Assembly (NCBI GenBank): GCA_028718605.1
Contig: JAQULM010000002.1
Location: forward strand, 193,776-257,775
Reading direction: 5' to 3'
Source of the DNA: Patescibacteria group bacterium
Lineage (GTDB): Bacteria; Patescibacteriota; Patescibacteriia; UBA10025; JAHIVO01
DNA length: 64,000 nucleotides
Positions 21,001 through 24,519 of this stretch are shown here, piece after piece. The notes below the pieces were generated by a model. That model was not told where the DNA came from. It searched no databases and was given only the letters and a program-made list of their open reading frames with translations. Position numbers and translations under genes: made by a program. Each line of letters starts with the position of its first letter. Position 1 is the stretch's first letter.

Positions 21001-23135
21001 AGAGTAACCGTACTGCCTGCCAGCAAATCAACGTCCCAGGCGACAGATCGGACGACGTCGGTGCCGTTATAGTACGGCTGGTTGCGGCCGCCGTTCTCCG
21101 GCTTGACATCAAAATCGATCGGAAACTCCTCCTTGATGGTACCGCGGAAATCGTCCCGCACCGTCACCTCGAGCCTCATCGGCTGGTAAATGTTCGGGAA
21201 CACGCGAGTCGGGCCAAACCGTTTTACCGTAAACTGAGGCGCATCCTCTACGATAATAGTGTCCGAGAGCGAATGCGAGGTGCCCCGCACAGTCGCTACG
21301 AGATCAAGCGTATACGTGCCGGTGGCACCTGTCTGGTAGGTACCACTATAGTCCGGCTTCTGGTAGAGCTCTTTTTTCGTGCAGAAATCCGTGATTGCAA
21401 TACTTCCGTCAGCAGTCTTGAGCTCCGTTTTCTTGCCGCGCGGATCAGTCACCGTGAGGACTATTTCCGCATCACATACCGTTTGGCCAATATCATCAAC
21501 CGCACCAATCGAAACGGTTGCCGTTTCGCCTGCGTTGTACAGGGTTTGGTCAGGATTCATGGCGAGCGCTCCCCAGCTGAAACTCTGGCTGACAACCTCG
21601 GTCGTCGTATCCTGGGTCACTACCATGGTTACCGTATACTTGCCAGGCCTCGTGAACGATTCCGTATCAAACGCATAGGCTGCGGTAGTGACGCCGTCAT
21701 CTTCGCCCTCCGCGATGGTAAGCGGCGCATCCACTTCATTGCCGAGGGGGTCAAAAACGCGAACATCGTTCACGGTACGCTCTTTGGGGCTCGCGCCGAT
21801 AAAACCAAGAGGTGATTTTTCCTTCACGTCTATTTCGATCACCGGCTGCTCTCCGGGTGTAACGTCTGGCTGCTTAACATTCACGCTCCCGTGGATTTCC
21901 TCCGCGACTGGATCGGGTTCCACGAGCTCAAGGTCGAGGCGGACTCCATCAAGATACGCGATACTGCCCTCCGCCGCCGCGACCGGGTTGTACGTGACGC
22001 GGACAGCAAGGCTGGAAACGACCGACGTTTTCGTTATCTCGGGAATCGCGTATTTCCAATAGCCGCCATTCGATGAATTGCTTATGTCTTCCACGAGTGC
22101 AGTTGAATCGAGCACTTTCCATGTCGCACCGTCCATCGTATAGGATACCGTGAGAACGTCTTCGTTATTCGTAAAGCTATCAGCGGCGAGCGACAGCATA
22201 ACATACGCGCTCTGGACAGGCGTGTCCGCTACAATCCCCGCTGGCAATAGAAAGTCATTCGCTTCGAATACGGGGTCAACTTCCGTAAGGGCGCTCGGAT
22301 TTTCAATGGTCGTTTCTTCGCCAAGTACCATGCCCCCCGCATTCACTGCCGCATTGACCGGAATATCATCTTGTTTGGCGATATTCGTATTCGCTGATTT
22401 GTCGGATTTTATTTTTTCACTTGCCGGCTTGGCAGTGTTCGTTTTTTTAGGTGCCTCCTCTTCTGGGGCAGCGACGGGCACTTCAGTCGACACCATGGGC
22501 ATATTGTTGTACACCGCTGAGTTACCATCAGTAAACACTGAAAGCTTCGAATTGCTCAGTGCGTCAATATGCTTTGCTCTATCGGGCGCTTCCCACCCCT
22601 GGACGCGGGTCGGTTCAATACGGACTACCACTGGGGGTTTCTCTTCCGCACGGGCAAGATAAACATACGTAAAAAATGAAACTTGAACGATAACAAACGT
22701 AAACGCGACGAATGCCGTGGAGTAGACAAATACGGAAAACTTCCGGCTGATGAGCAGCAGCTTCAGATACTGCAGGGAAAAACCTGGTTTGATGATATAC
22801 GACTTCGGTGCCGGCGCCGGTTGCGGCTGCTTTTTCTGCCTTGGCTCAGGCTTCGCCCCATGGGATGCGTCAGGCGGGGGTGATGCCAGATAGAGCTTCC
22901 GGATAACTTCACGGTCATAGCGCCGGTCTCGGCGCGGGCCAACCCTCATTGCGGACAGCTTGCCGGACTTATCCCAATTGCGAAGCGTGTTTGGGTGCAC
23001 ACGAAAAATCTCACTCACCTGATCGATAGTGAGGAGCTTTGGAAGGGAAGTAAAGTCTACTTTTCCCCTGTCGGCATCGTCCTTCCTGCGAGCGAAGAGA
23101 TCCCCTATTCCCTTAATAAGCGCCGGAAGCTGCAC
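1..23135 (-). CDS. giant (>7,700 aa; 3' end beyond window start) membrane-anchored surface protein: N-terminal MerR/excisionase-type HTH, one TM helix, then beta-helix-like repeat arrays, Cna-B/CarbopepD-like modules and phage tail-collar-like modules
   Basis: Hand translation of the minus strand in the frame whose codons occupy + positions 3k..3k+2 is stop-free in every stretch checked: 23144->22621 codon by codon, 20400-19980, 19960-19740, 18000-17820, 6635-6480 and 180-3. It reads as protein, e.g. TLTGASGQTLTVSGNFTNSGTFTHGSGTVLLAGSAQQTVTGTITFSTLTV at ~17.9 kb. An in-frame TAA at 23147-23145 bounds the 5' side. The frame is still open at position 3, so the ORF leaves the window, which explains its absence from a closed-ORF track. 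The numerous 60-300 aa V/P/L/T-rich + strand ORFs across 1-22.9 kb are antisense shadows of it. Start codon is uncertain: in-frame GTG at 23135, no in-frame ATG before the HTH, first ATG at 22949, and no obvious SD. Confidence 0.72.
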   Translation of the reverse strand, partial: MQLPALIKGIGDLFARRKDDADRGKVDFTSLPKLLTIDQVSEIFRVHPNTLRNWDKSGKLSAMRVGPRRDRRYDREVIRKLYLASPPPDASHGAKPEPRQKKQPQPAPAPKSYIIKPGFSLQYLKLLLISRKFSVFVYSTAFVAFTFVIVQVSFFTYVYLARAEEKPPVVVRIEPTRVQGWEAPDRAKHIDALSNSKLSVFTDGNSAVYNNMPMVSTEVPVAAPEEEAPKKTNTAKPASEKIKSDKSANTNIAKQDDIPVNAAVNAGGMVLGEETTIENPSALTEVDPVFEANDFLLPAGIVADTPVQSAYVMLSLAADSFTNNEDVLTVSYTMDGATWKVLDSTALVEDISNSSNGGYWKYAIPEITKTSVVSSLAVRVTYNPVAAAEGSIAYLDGVRLDLELVEPDPVAEEIHGSVNVKQPDVTPGEQPVIEIDVKEKSPLGFIGASPKERTVNDVRVFDPLGNEVDAPLTIAEGEDDGVTTAAYAFDTESFTRPGKYTVTMVVTQDTTTEVVSQSFSWGALAMNPDQTLYNAGETATVSIGAVDDIGQTVCDAEIVLTVTDPRGKKTELKTADGSIAITDFCTKKELYQKPDYSGTYQTGATGTYTLDLVATVRGTSHSLSDTIIVEDAPQFTVKRFGPTRVFPNIYQPMRLEVTVRDDFRGTIKEEFPIDFDVKPENGGRNQPYYNGTDVVRSVAWDVDLLAGSTVTLGYTFKSPEKSPALYALGPAQAGDWQEHRAWQLAIDPAYMYLLATSGTAADGWTNQTTYDGASAVFLRGAATYGGTGGTATHTPTVTGATVAQTTTGLAHTCLRSCTARAAYSHAHTTTAPTAGPADNNPAFHSFYLWKSNAQNPTTIPQNTFMFSSASQSGSWTRFSAADSRLVKLTNSHTTGGSDTHTHGMTSWGSLAASTGTYNVGLVFADVPPSYSVNSHTHAAPANSTSDSKTSVPPYVQTMIYQQTNATPQSIPQNTIGMFDADPGTNWDVISDASPYQNNFVQGFSTESGTGGSATHDDTAATATVAGATTDSYFSTGTNVAPDDHTHTVTATITAGSDHTPPYVNFVMAKCTATGGCSGASISGNVYSDEGSTLISGTPTIRLLVNGTNTACGGGACTATVTSGAYTISNITTVSGDVLTLYLDTDGTPLATTVTVGTGSDLTGIDLYQNDLIVRYETGSSITNTQILTGYGTYADTDILYYTAGTPALTVGNLTNSNIELHIWTSKTYAPAGTVTTQGTGGLHIDDSGAMTTGGATSIAQNLAIDTSGLLTVEAYDLTVTGTTSITGTLTISNPTGTKIFVGAVTVNAGGTWTNSGDSDVTFRGGLTNNSANTFTAGPGTYTFDTNAQAIGGTNEISLTIVTVTGVTLTNNGTLTVTKGLAGTGGLTNSATGTLNISFSGAVGITTLTASAVGNTVNYMYGGAQTVKATAYHHLGFGTSGAKTLTSLTTVKGNLTWSGTATGTATSALAVTGNLIIDDTANFSAGAVNLTVSGTTSITGTLTFNSATGTKTLSGAVTINDGGTWKNSANEGFTFRGGFTNNSAVSHTWGTGVYLFNLSDQAIGGTNAISVANMTVNLCTLTNNGTLTVSTALAGSGILANSATGTLNINGTSTITTMTATAVGNTVNYTGGSQTVHSNAYHHLGLSGSGTKILTGITTIAGNLTMAGTALATTISGTSIGGNLTVGSGTACALTQGAGPLGVTGDVSIGATATLTGASGQTLTVSGNFTNSGTFTHGSGTVLLAGSAQQTVTGTITFSTLTVTNSSGSDPQTSPSVIFADGTDYSTGTLNVTTGNAKLRFPVGPTYSFTVSTTLNLNSSTSDKIYLRSNDSGIAWLFNVPASQVVYDVDVSRSTASASIDASDASNVNSLFNTNWNFGSLTISGTAYTNETGTTLNSSGGSIKLVNSTTGATFSDADGTDGSGAWSIAGVTGTTAGDILTIWINDTTADGTLVLKYGASCTDAPNCTGLSIYQNRVILRNEHSGSIANSDLASCDNDTGTNCTGDTEIGFTSNSNAMLVNSNLELHIWTGDTYDPGGTVTTQGTGDLHVDDSATASLDTTGNTIGNNIAIDASATLTVEANTTVTGGADGGVSTAGILNHTAGTFTIGDGTDEDLTITGGTATLGGGNTVIKDDINHCTAGTLNINAGSNVDVLSTSGILNMGNGCSATAVLNLAGGSLDVGNHMFLDAGTVNLSGGTHRAGVSADGIVELARYANGGMTFNMTGGELIGRAVIVYNNETLTTTTVSGGTLTVDDLIGGLDTAAWYQWSDDSPKFYNLKFNDTANSFNSSNLLTYLNGSLTNTSGTLTASSRSVTIEGNFTNGGTFVPGSGTVSMVGTGSINGESDTTFYNLTIGDATAGTVTIEGSEDPTITTGGTLNIDTGDTLSISAGRRLTHSSTVAITFNGTISGAGTLRFNNLSAGPGSGGTLSSVVRFDATSADITSTIFDARTYGGPVEFYASNVDLGAFITAPASGTFTFSSSVTTTCSGCIGGLTLDLDDTTDPTVSIGGAFTIGASTVVLAPSSTTLTLNGNLTDNGTFTHDAGTVLMASTGDVQIDGSSDTSFNNLTLGDGSSYRGVVVASGGTNDPTVAGTLNITATTQVEIETGRALTLASTGTLTFPNNSSILGSGTFVYKPTTAFPTTGTLSWSTTIRFDATAGNQTMSARTDYGPIEIYSTNVSPMSVIAGAGTLTLHSTLDITTVYSAVTLDLNTNDPTTTITGAITINEAGVLSAPSTVSDTAFRVLGDYTNGGTFADNGGQMTIAGTGAQSFSGSLDGMSNFGAVEVTNTNATGVTFNGFFELTGAFTATQGGTHLNFDSGGWYVNGALTLTGASGNLIYLRSTSDGTYYPTYFYSTISVSYVDVRDSDASVWAPVYASNSVNSGHNLDWYFAVTMSGSVYQTDENTKITSAAKTVVLVVDGSTTACGGGACTAETSSGDWTINNVMVQSGSNVLVYLDGETEKATTVVASTGAATSGIALYQDRLAVRADNTGTITNANIFTAKGVVSDTDILYSGTSPNLTVSSGIELHINGSDSLDPGGTVTTQGTSGNVHVDDAGAMYTDTATSVIAGGVTIDAGSSFSVGATTTVALDITIADSATLGGTGDLTVNGGDITGTGTIYFTAGTVTLGASGNLGVDASNTLSSLRISGPTTTATHSMTISGTLTVDASSVFSVNVSKTIKVTTSISLGGTITGDGILVYYGSTAFPGTGTMSIAITYINPKNNNQSITARTFTGDVIVGTLGTELLGGARIVTMLAGSFTVIGDLKMIDDPTTTLTLTAATNDPSVAVSGDLTIAGTNGHTTLNAGASTWTVSGSAHFGVGGETPANGVFTAETNGTLIMNGTGTLKSTSDDTYYHVTLSGADVTIASGGTVTMNGDLVLSDTVTATGSTVKMTGTSRTITGGSQTLANLEIDPSSSSTITLQTSALAVAGTLTVASGDTLSLSVVGLTHSGTTDIAGTGTISGTGTLIFNSTTTGGPGTAATITVPVRFDASAGSIPAAVFDARTYGGTVNFYSGSGTARTVTSAASGTYTFSGAVSTTCSSCGGLTIDLDDTTDPTVAFSSTLTVGATTTLTPPSGTTMTVVGAAAINGTLSGSGSITANGGWTGSGIVTLSAGTFTHNVSTSVGFGSTSGSNDWTFYNLTHTNPVSSTPTVTYSAGGTGKIIVSNAYTITNDHVMSDALVVTDNTNDRNLDVNGDVTLSGFCQFTLSNSATFTVGGSWSFTGGMASAPTGSTVTFDATTTGKTITPSGSFYNVTFAGSGGAWAFTEGAQLNGALNITLGAVTAPPSDTLTVNGNFTNSGTFTHGSGTVLLGGASQQTVTGTITFSTLTITNSSGTDAQTDPSVIFASGYNYSVGTLNVTTGNAKLRFPVGPTYSFAVTSTLNLNSSDSNKIYLRSNTAGTQWRFNVSGSPVVYDVDVKDSNAIGSTIDATDSSNVDSTNNTNWTFSAVLTISGTIYTNEGSTTYNCSTDNLTVTLKVNGLGSYSNTCTSSGGTYSISSVTAAAGAVVTVFLDGETPDAVTVTRSSGSNLTGINLYQNRVIVRHEDAGPTSNANLGQYDYDDDTDIPFTSNSNNLVVNDGAKLYIWGGDTLTPGGTITTSPASDCSGADGDIYIGASATLNMAANALSAGGDLVAGEGTLSYSGTPTATFTATGVGCTLTGDISFYNLTFNGSGGGWSWDQSNTVSVDGAVTVTAGTVSGGGNLTINGGGFTGNGTVNLTTTGVVTMNETGNLGGTTPWTLASLTVATGETVTTTGDITVSNILIVSATNAISIGSGTSLTMSGSSFSFGGTLSGSGTFIVSGQPAFPTNGTISCPVRFDITDQPSGYQIGGRTFGGNVDFYSYDTSLKQIQLGTDFSQTFTFIGDFNITAANNGGMQVLANTYDPTVNITGSIDYLGAGSGTEYLAPGAGTWTVTGSIDFSLGSSNSTGVFVMNGASVNFYGASLTVTSLTTTGTGTVTVQSAVMIGTLTVGSGTTLNANAGVTVTGSATGDGILTYSSGTPTFTLSGTGSLGGDTGWTFYNLTLSISSSNLTTTAAGGGIMTINGVLTTSCADTNFDDACDVYHTLNLGTKTWTLANVAASSAPFVNQGRIVGSTSVFIYAGSTSLNIASATNATTNYYYDLRLQPTDTATFTLPYASSGNPLRVNGSLLVGNGTNSVTMTGTAQNTNIAVGTDFSCTAGASTTVETGTGTWTIGGHLDLTNCDTFTATSGHTFTMTGASKNYTSGGQTIYNLTTSGSASVTVATNAATLSGNLTVGSGTFLYADQSVTVNGGSITGDGTITYSTGTPTVTIGFVGNYDDGQIGGDSDWTFYNLVFQQTGSNAGDITTAIGSGSMTVDNVMTIQGYAATCMIMEGRNDCRHLLYAGAKQWNFTDSGTPLVSTSGMFSPQTSTVRYTGTGATNIASTTYGSLSFYRLYLQPSGAGNPAYTLPSTLIITNNLLIGDGVNAVTVNGTTNNPSSTIGGNLSCTAGATNTINSGTGTWTIGGNIDLTACTYTATANNTVRMSGASGTITAGGTAFYNFGANGTLSTVTGTDFSVTNTLTVYSSKELAIETSRTVTVTSTGSVTLSGTISGAGRLTYQSGNTFPATGTISCVMRYDATTAGVNPDVITRAYGGDLELYTNATDSTRTFYLGTVAGTITVGGSFYIISDNGFAASVNGDTYNPALDITGGFYLMENSTGSAEISTGTGTYTVAGSVNFGTGGFYASNLLKMTGTSKTLTSGGNSMNSFEVASGSTTMVGAAALTGTLTISGGILTAPSGGALSVAGSFLNTGGTFTHNNSSVSLTTAAAASVSGNNTFYDFTIQPGAAKTVTFADGSTTTVTHTLIFDGDSGQVVTLKSQTNDVHWNLKMNGTSQTINYVSVRDSDACSGTYNIQAYDGTNSNVSNNHCWDFTFITVSGITDSTLCDQTVAIAVGDDRLPQTDQITCEGTYPFSIMIGAQSADAIISVWVDGVGEASEATAITKYDGSGDITGMVLTPHSLTLGSTSESATISKTNLTQAYNRYYDEDIVHGYPIDQSNQYGPGWNELLWPIDYSDDYDDERFRVLSGTTFTMTSTWGEENGTFDSLETHDLLNEGTITITNDGKGPTFKIGGSWTTTGTFNQDISQVQFLSATTETIAPGGQPFYDVFFNNAAGSWNNTAAMSVLNDLTHAAGLVWGSQDVTVNGDVQCFGTCGSLVFTGGTFTQSVAAARNFGSDGLESTWSFNNLTFSGSTYTVTAQGTGTNTVGGTLTVSAGNTLDAGAKTWALTHNGSPLVIGGSVTPSTSTFSFTGGNSTFVPDATYYNLEVKPSVNGASHTLSNDQTGEITINNNLTIGDGDHFGCTVTGAAFLMDLDVNNDVTIISGTSFVAPGSYATFTVGGNWTGDFFTHSSGTVTFDANTTGKTISNMSNWNNIVFNNANGGWSFTDGATLVGDLTVAAGTLSGTSSIDIQGGDFTGAGIVNLTGGTVTLGNASGTVGGTGASPATDWNLNNISLTAPSPCTANKTTSTASGASKMKIAGQITGGSCSCGDECSFHHILNPGAKTWELSYSGSPLVSLTMTGGTSLFRYVGSGMTVNAGAFSYYDLEIDPVSETTYTFESFYVSHDLTIAPPAMLTVDYGTSVIAVGSDGVTSTLDAGGQTLNTIGTNISSGAETLNLVSNLTLASKLNIGATDTVSIDTGHTVTVLYSDNASPGISIGGTLTGDGNVIYRDNTDVTGTTINCDFQYDAKDLGGNVTINPRTWGADLEFENTGTTSSLSYVLDSGTHTLSSGNLTVKSTGTGGITLDGATNNPTVTVTASNLSFGSDTNSKTVTTGTGTWTFGGNVDFTGTNATFTATSGNTLKMNGSSKTLTTAGQSLHHFEVSAGSTTMSGTTTLNGTLTVSGGTLTAPSGGTLSVAGSFLNTGGAFVHNNSTVYLTSTGAAAISGDNTFRNLSVSGIGGAKTITFANGSITTVTNSLTFNGASGQVVTLQSQTADTAWYLNMNGTAQTIHYVSVRDSNACSGTYHIRAYDGTNANVSNNQCWDFSSVTVSGTSNASDDTIVAAAINSSRQAQTGSVANGEWTITIGTPTAGDTITVWLDLVDLAAESTAITKFVSGNITGMALSANVLSVGGSGTPSLDGSDFNKYDAGYDEDVMFDCISAAGYTINLDGGGPYESEKLSILPNTTVTLEQVGGGTPRSDYLYTHDLEVQNGGTLANSGGPGLYVSGSWSVGTSGTYTAGSENISFTSTTSGETIDNSSSSFYDVTFDGTGGAWSFANKPTTVTHNFTITNGTVTAPGDTLSVGGNLANSGTFTHNSGTVTMTGTANTIAGGGNAFNNVTINPSSTGTITLQASDLSVSGTLTVAANDTLSIASGRTLSLNSASSLTLTGTISGDGILRYYSISNAFPTGGTITADLAFDGKFGNQSMNARTYGGDVSLENTAASASPQSVTMLAGTYIFSGNVVIGEDHMTLTGAANDPTVTIAGNLEALSAAATGTVNTGAGQWTVSGNVEFFYTGEPGGGGVFTAESGGVLEMDGTGTTLSADINSTFGNIIFTGGDMINTHAYGNIIAANDITVDSTIVNMDSDVTVNGGDIILTGTSPTIDYTTGSPIITMTGTGAIGGGSSPSITFYNVAVGSGTTATTTLTSPATVANDVSVGTDSTFNINADLAVNGGDLTTTTTGIINTTSGTPTVTMSGTGNLGGGSGAVTLYNLTTSGSGTTTVASTATINNDVSIGSGTTLAGTSDLTVIGGDFAGAGTVTMGGGTVEIRGTGNFSNSSNTWTFNNLMFGLGALCSGADYTTSGVGTGEVEIAGEFSQQICGCGESCSSIHYLSAASGVSKTWTLLGSGTPIKDNVLYLSNYTSEESTFRFRGTDTTNITGGNYHNLVLSPASGSPDYNLGSVQLYGDLAIDETASIDHGTNMLRMRGDGTTINAGGKTLYDVVFDGTGATVTAENTGFTVSRVLQVNNGDTFAIGSGQTVSHTGMAFILSGTATVTGDGTMRFTSTSCGPGTTGTMDADVLYDSTEGAIESTTIDARTYGKDVEIYNNRDLVSSTTVSLASGAYTIGGNFYLRADNTQNIGLIGYDNNPSVTIGGDVDFLGVGSGMEVINSGTSAWTVGGNVDFTDGDYNPGTGNTFIMTGSAPQKTLTSAGEGLENFSVTGTGDVKAADAMDVNGAFLLDDTGKFQQADAGNLNVAGNFMLESGTTFTRSATSGVLIFDGDLTFNDKNAAKQD
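3300..4100. repeat. ~800-nt module duplicated at ~6650-7500 within the giant gene
   Basis: Antisense ORFs 3594-3684 / 3709-4095 are collinear with 6936-7032 / 7219-7497, e.g. SQHWLLLTLALVPSYARMWYVPLQALESRTDT vs SQQWLLLTFELVPSYAWILYVPEHASESRTET. Offset ~3.35 kb. Confidence 0.6.
10860..11900. repeat. dispersed ~1-1.3 kb module duplicated ~6.2 kb downstream (partner 17080-18130), ~65-75% nt identity
   Basis: gcagtttggcattgccagttgtcacattcagcgtccc (11.52 kb) vs gcagcttggcgttgccggttgtgacgttcagggtgcc (17.74 kb). gtgaacgtgccggaattggtaaagttgcc vs gtgaatgtgccggaattggtgaaattacc. Flanking 300-400 nt are also collinear. Confidence 0.65.
18205..19465. repeat. tandem ~630-nt (~210-aa) duplication inside the giant gene (unit 1 ~18205-18835, unit 2 ~18835-19465), ~75-80% nt identity
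   Basis: Antisense ORFs 18262-18480 vs 18892-19116 and 18487-18846 vs 19117-19314 are collinear paralogs. Direct nucleotide comparison agrees, e.g. ttcagcgtgccggtagcgctgttggccagg vs ttcagggttccggtggcgctgttggtcagg, and gtcaaggttcccgtaatagacgtggtgccgctgactgtcag vs gtcaatgtcccggtaatagacgtcgtgccagtaacggtaag. Confidence 0.7.
19745..19900 (-). other. Cna-B / carboxypeptidase-regulatory-like beta-sandwich module with Cys-rich insert (recurs at ~10.95, ~14.1, ~17.15 kb)
   Basis: Hand translation 19960->19740: VNFVMAKCTATGGCSGASISGNVYSDEGSTLISGTPTIRLLVNGTNTACGGGACTATVTSGAYTISNITT, with the G-x-V-x-D-x-x-G-x-P-hydrophobic-x-G-A-x-V-x-L ... T-x-x-x-G-x-Y pattern. Nucleotide-level paralogs are visible at 14080-14300, 17170-17400 and 10960-11200. 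Confidence 0.4.
19990..20900 (-). other. two to three phage tail-collar-like (MdpB-like) modules inside the giant protein
   Basis: Hand translation 20400->19980: ADVPPSYSVNSHTHAAPANSTSDSKTSVPPYVQTMIYQQTNATPQSIPQNTIGMFDADPGTNWDVISDASPYQNNFVQGFSTESGTGGSATHDDTAATATVAGATTDSYFSTGTNVAPDDHTHTVTATI, continuing ...HTPPYVNFVMAKC. The repeated I-G-x-x-x-x-x-x-x-P-x-G-W ... G-G-S-x-T-H ... H-T-H ... P-P-Y-V signature matches the phage tail collar / microcystin-dependent-protein fold. Confidence 0.45.
22656..22739 (-). other. single transmembrane helix (signal-anchor) of the giant protein, preceded by a Pro/Lys-rich linker
   Basis: Translated: ...PEPRQKKQPQPAPAPKSYIIKPGFSLQYLKLLLISRK-FSVFVYSTAFVAFTFVIVQVSFFTYVYL-ARAEEKPPVVVRIEP...; a 28-residue hydrophobic stretch flanked by basic residues. 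Confidence 0.7.
22887..23036 (-). other. HTH_17 / MerR-excisionase-type helix-turn-helix DNA-binding domain at N-terminus of the giant protein
   Basis: Translated directly: LLTIDQVSEIFRVHPNTLRNWDKSGKLSAMRVGPRRDRRYDREVIRKLYL. This is the classic L-T-hydrophobic-x-E-hydrophobic-A-x-x-hydrophobic-x-V-x-x-x-T-hydrophobic-x-x-W pattern with K-x-G-x-L-x-A-x-R-hydrophobic-G-x-x-hydrophobic-R-hydrophobic signature. Confidence 0.75.
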
Positions 23136-23202
23136 ACGAATGTATTAAATTGTGCTTACGTTAGTCAAGAACCAATCTTAACTTACCAAACATTACAGCA
23201 AC

Positions 23203-23231
23203 AGTATATCACATATTATGCGTCTTGTCCA
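23203..23231 (-). promoter_or_regulatory. candidate sigma70-type promoter for the giant gene (-35 TGGACA, 17-nt spacer containing TG, -10 TATACT)
   Basis: On the minus strand: tggaca-agacgcataatatgtga-tatact. + strand tgtcca at 23226-23231 and agtata at 23203-23208. It lies between the plsX terminator and the giant ORF start. Confidence 0.35.
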
Positions 23232-23246
23232 GGACTTGAAAACAAA

Positions 23247-23288
23247 AGAAACGCTGGGGTTCACGGGAATCCCAGCGCTACTTGATTG
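23247..23288 (-). terminator. rho-independent terminator downstream of plsX
   Basis: Minus strand: AGCGCTGGG-attcccgtgaac-CCCAGCG followed by TTTCTTTTGTTTTC. It lies 13 nt after the plsX stop. Confidence 0.5.
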
Positions 23289-23300
23289 GCGCGAAGCCAA

Positions 23301-24344
23301 TTAATGATTCTGCATCTGGTCGTGGATCATGGACACGATTCCAGCATTCACCTCCTTGCATGCCATGGCAATGGCATGCTTAAACGCTTCTGGCGTAGAT
23401 CGGCCATGTGCCTTGATAACTACACCGTTCACACCCAGTAATGGCACGCCACCATACCGCTGGTAATCGAAAGCCCGCTTTAAAGATCCGATTGTAGATT
23501 TGAGAAAGATTTTTCCGCCGATGAGCGCAAAAATCTTTTGGCTCAAGTGGCCCGACCGGACAATCTGCCGAAGCATATCTTCCATTGTCGGCTTGAAACC
23601 TTCGGCCATCTTCAGAACAATGTTGCCGGTGAACCCGTCAGTTACGAGGACATTGCACTCACCAGAAAATACACGATTTCCTTCGATATTACCAGAGAAT
23701 ACAACCTTTCCATCCTCGCTCAACCGAACGAGTAACTGGTGCACTTTTTGGGTAAGTTCATTGCCCTTACCTCTCTCGGATCCGACGTTAATCAACCCAA
23801 CTCGCGGAGAATCAAAACCGAGAACCAGCCGAGCATAAATTGCTCCCATAACGGCAAACTGCTCAAGGTACACCGGCTTACAATCTGCATTGGCACCAAC
23901 GTCAAGGACCAAACTCGGATTGCCGGTGAGTGTCGGGAAGGTAGCAGCGAGCGCTGGCCGACGGATACCCTCAATCCGCTGGAGTCGGCGCAGGGCAACT
24001 GCAAGCAGCGCGCCAGTATTTCCAGCGCTTAGAAATGCATCCGCCGCGCCATCTCGCACCAACTGGAGCCCGACATGCATAGAAGAATCAAGCTTGTTAC
24101 GCAACATGTCACCTGGCTGGTCTCCCGGTTCGACCACCTGTGTTGTATGATGGATGCTCAATCGCGTGGTTCCATTGTGCTTATGGCGCCCGAGTTCTTG
24201 CTCAACTTTAGCCTTATCACCGATTAGTACCAGTGAAAAATCACCCGGTAGTTCTTTCAAAGCCAGCAGCGCACCATGAACAGGATGTGACGGATAAAAA
24301 TCTCCGCCCATGGCGTCGACTGCAATACGAACGTGTTGTGGCAT
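23301..24344 (-). CDS. plsX: phosphate acyltransferase PlsX
   Basis: 347 aa. ATG start with GGAGG 7 nt upstream. Sequence IAVDAMGGD...GNTGA...DVGAN...HG(R/K)S is diagnostic of PlsX. Confidence 0.95.
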   Translation of the reverse strand: MPQHVRIAVDAMGGDFYPSHPVHGALLALKELPGDFSLVLIGDKAKVEQELGRHKHNGTTRLSIHHTTQVVEPGDQPGDMLRNKLDSSMHVGLQLVRDGAADAFLSAGNTGALLAVALRRLQRIEGIRRPALAATFPTLTGNPSLVLDVGANADCKPVYLEQFAVMGAIYARLVLGFDSPRVGLINVGSERGKGNELTQKVHQLLVRLSEDGKVVFSGNIEGNRVFSGECNVLVTDGFTGNIVLKMAEGFKPTMEDMLRQIVRSGHLSQKIFALIGGKIFLKSTIGSLKRAFDYQRYGGVPLLGVNGVVIKAHGRSTPEAFKHAIAMACKEVNAGIVSMIHDQMQNH

Positions 24345-24445
24345 GACGCCTCCTCTGTATTCTTAAGACGAGTTAATGTTCGCTGTTTATTACACTATAT
24401 GTTCGCGCATTGTACCACGCCGGGGACGTACGCACAAGAAGCCCG

Positions 24446-24488
24446 AAAATGAAAAAGCTCGCTGGGGCAGCAGCGAGCATTTTTTATA
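24446..24488 (-). terminator. rho-independent terminator after the 197-aa gene
   Basis: Minus strand: GCTCGCTG-ctgcccc-AGCGAGC followed by TTTTTCATTTTC. Confidence 0.5.
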
Positions 24489-24519
24489 GATCAGCAGGAT
24501 CACGTCAATCGCCAGACGT

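Noticed and set aside
10-22883. Dozens of 60-300 aa + strand ORFs (V/P/L/T-rich, e.g. 4114-4809, 16618-17223, 20907-21815, 22150-22662)
   Set aside because: They are antisense or out-of-frame shadows of the giant minus-strand gene. High GC keeps the frames open. The real coding frame is the minus frame that is stop-free throughout.
1-23135. Hypothesis that the region is coding in an alternative genetic code (UGA recoded, as in SR1/Gracilibacteria), explaining the lack of a listed ORF
   Set aside because: rpoB, rpoC, ftsK and uvrB are intact long ORFs under the standard code. The giant frame has no stops of any kind; it is simply unterminated within the window.
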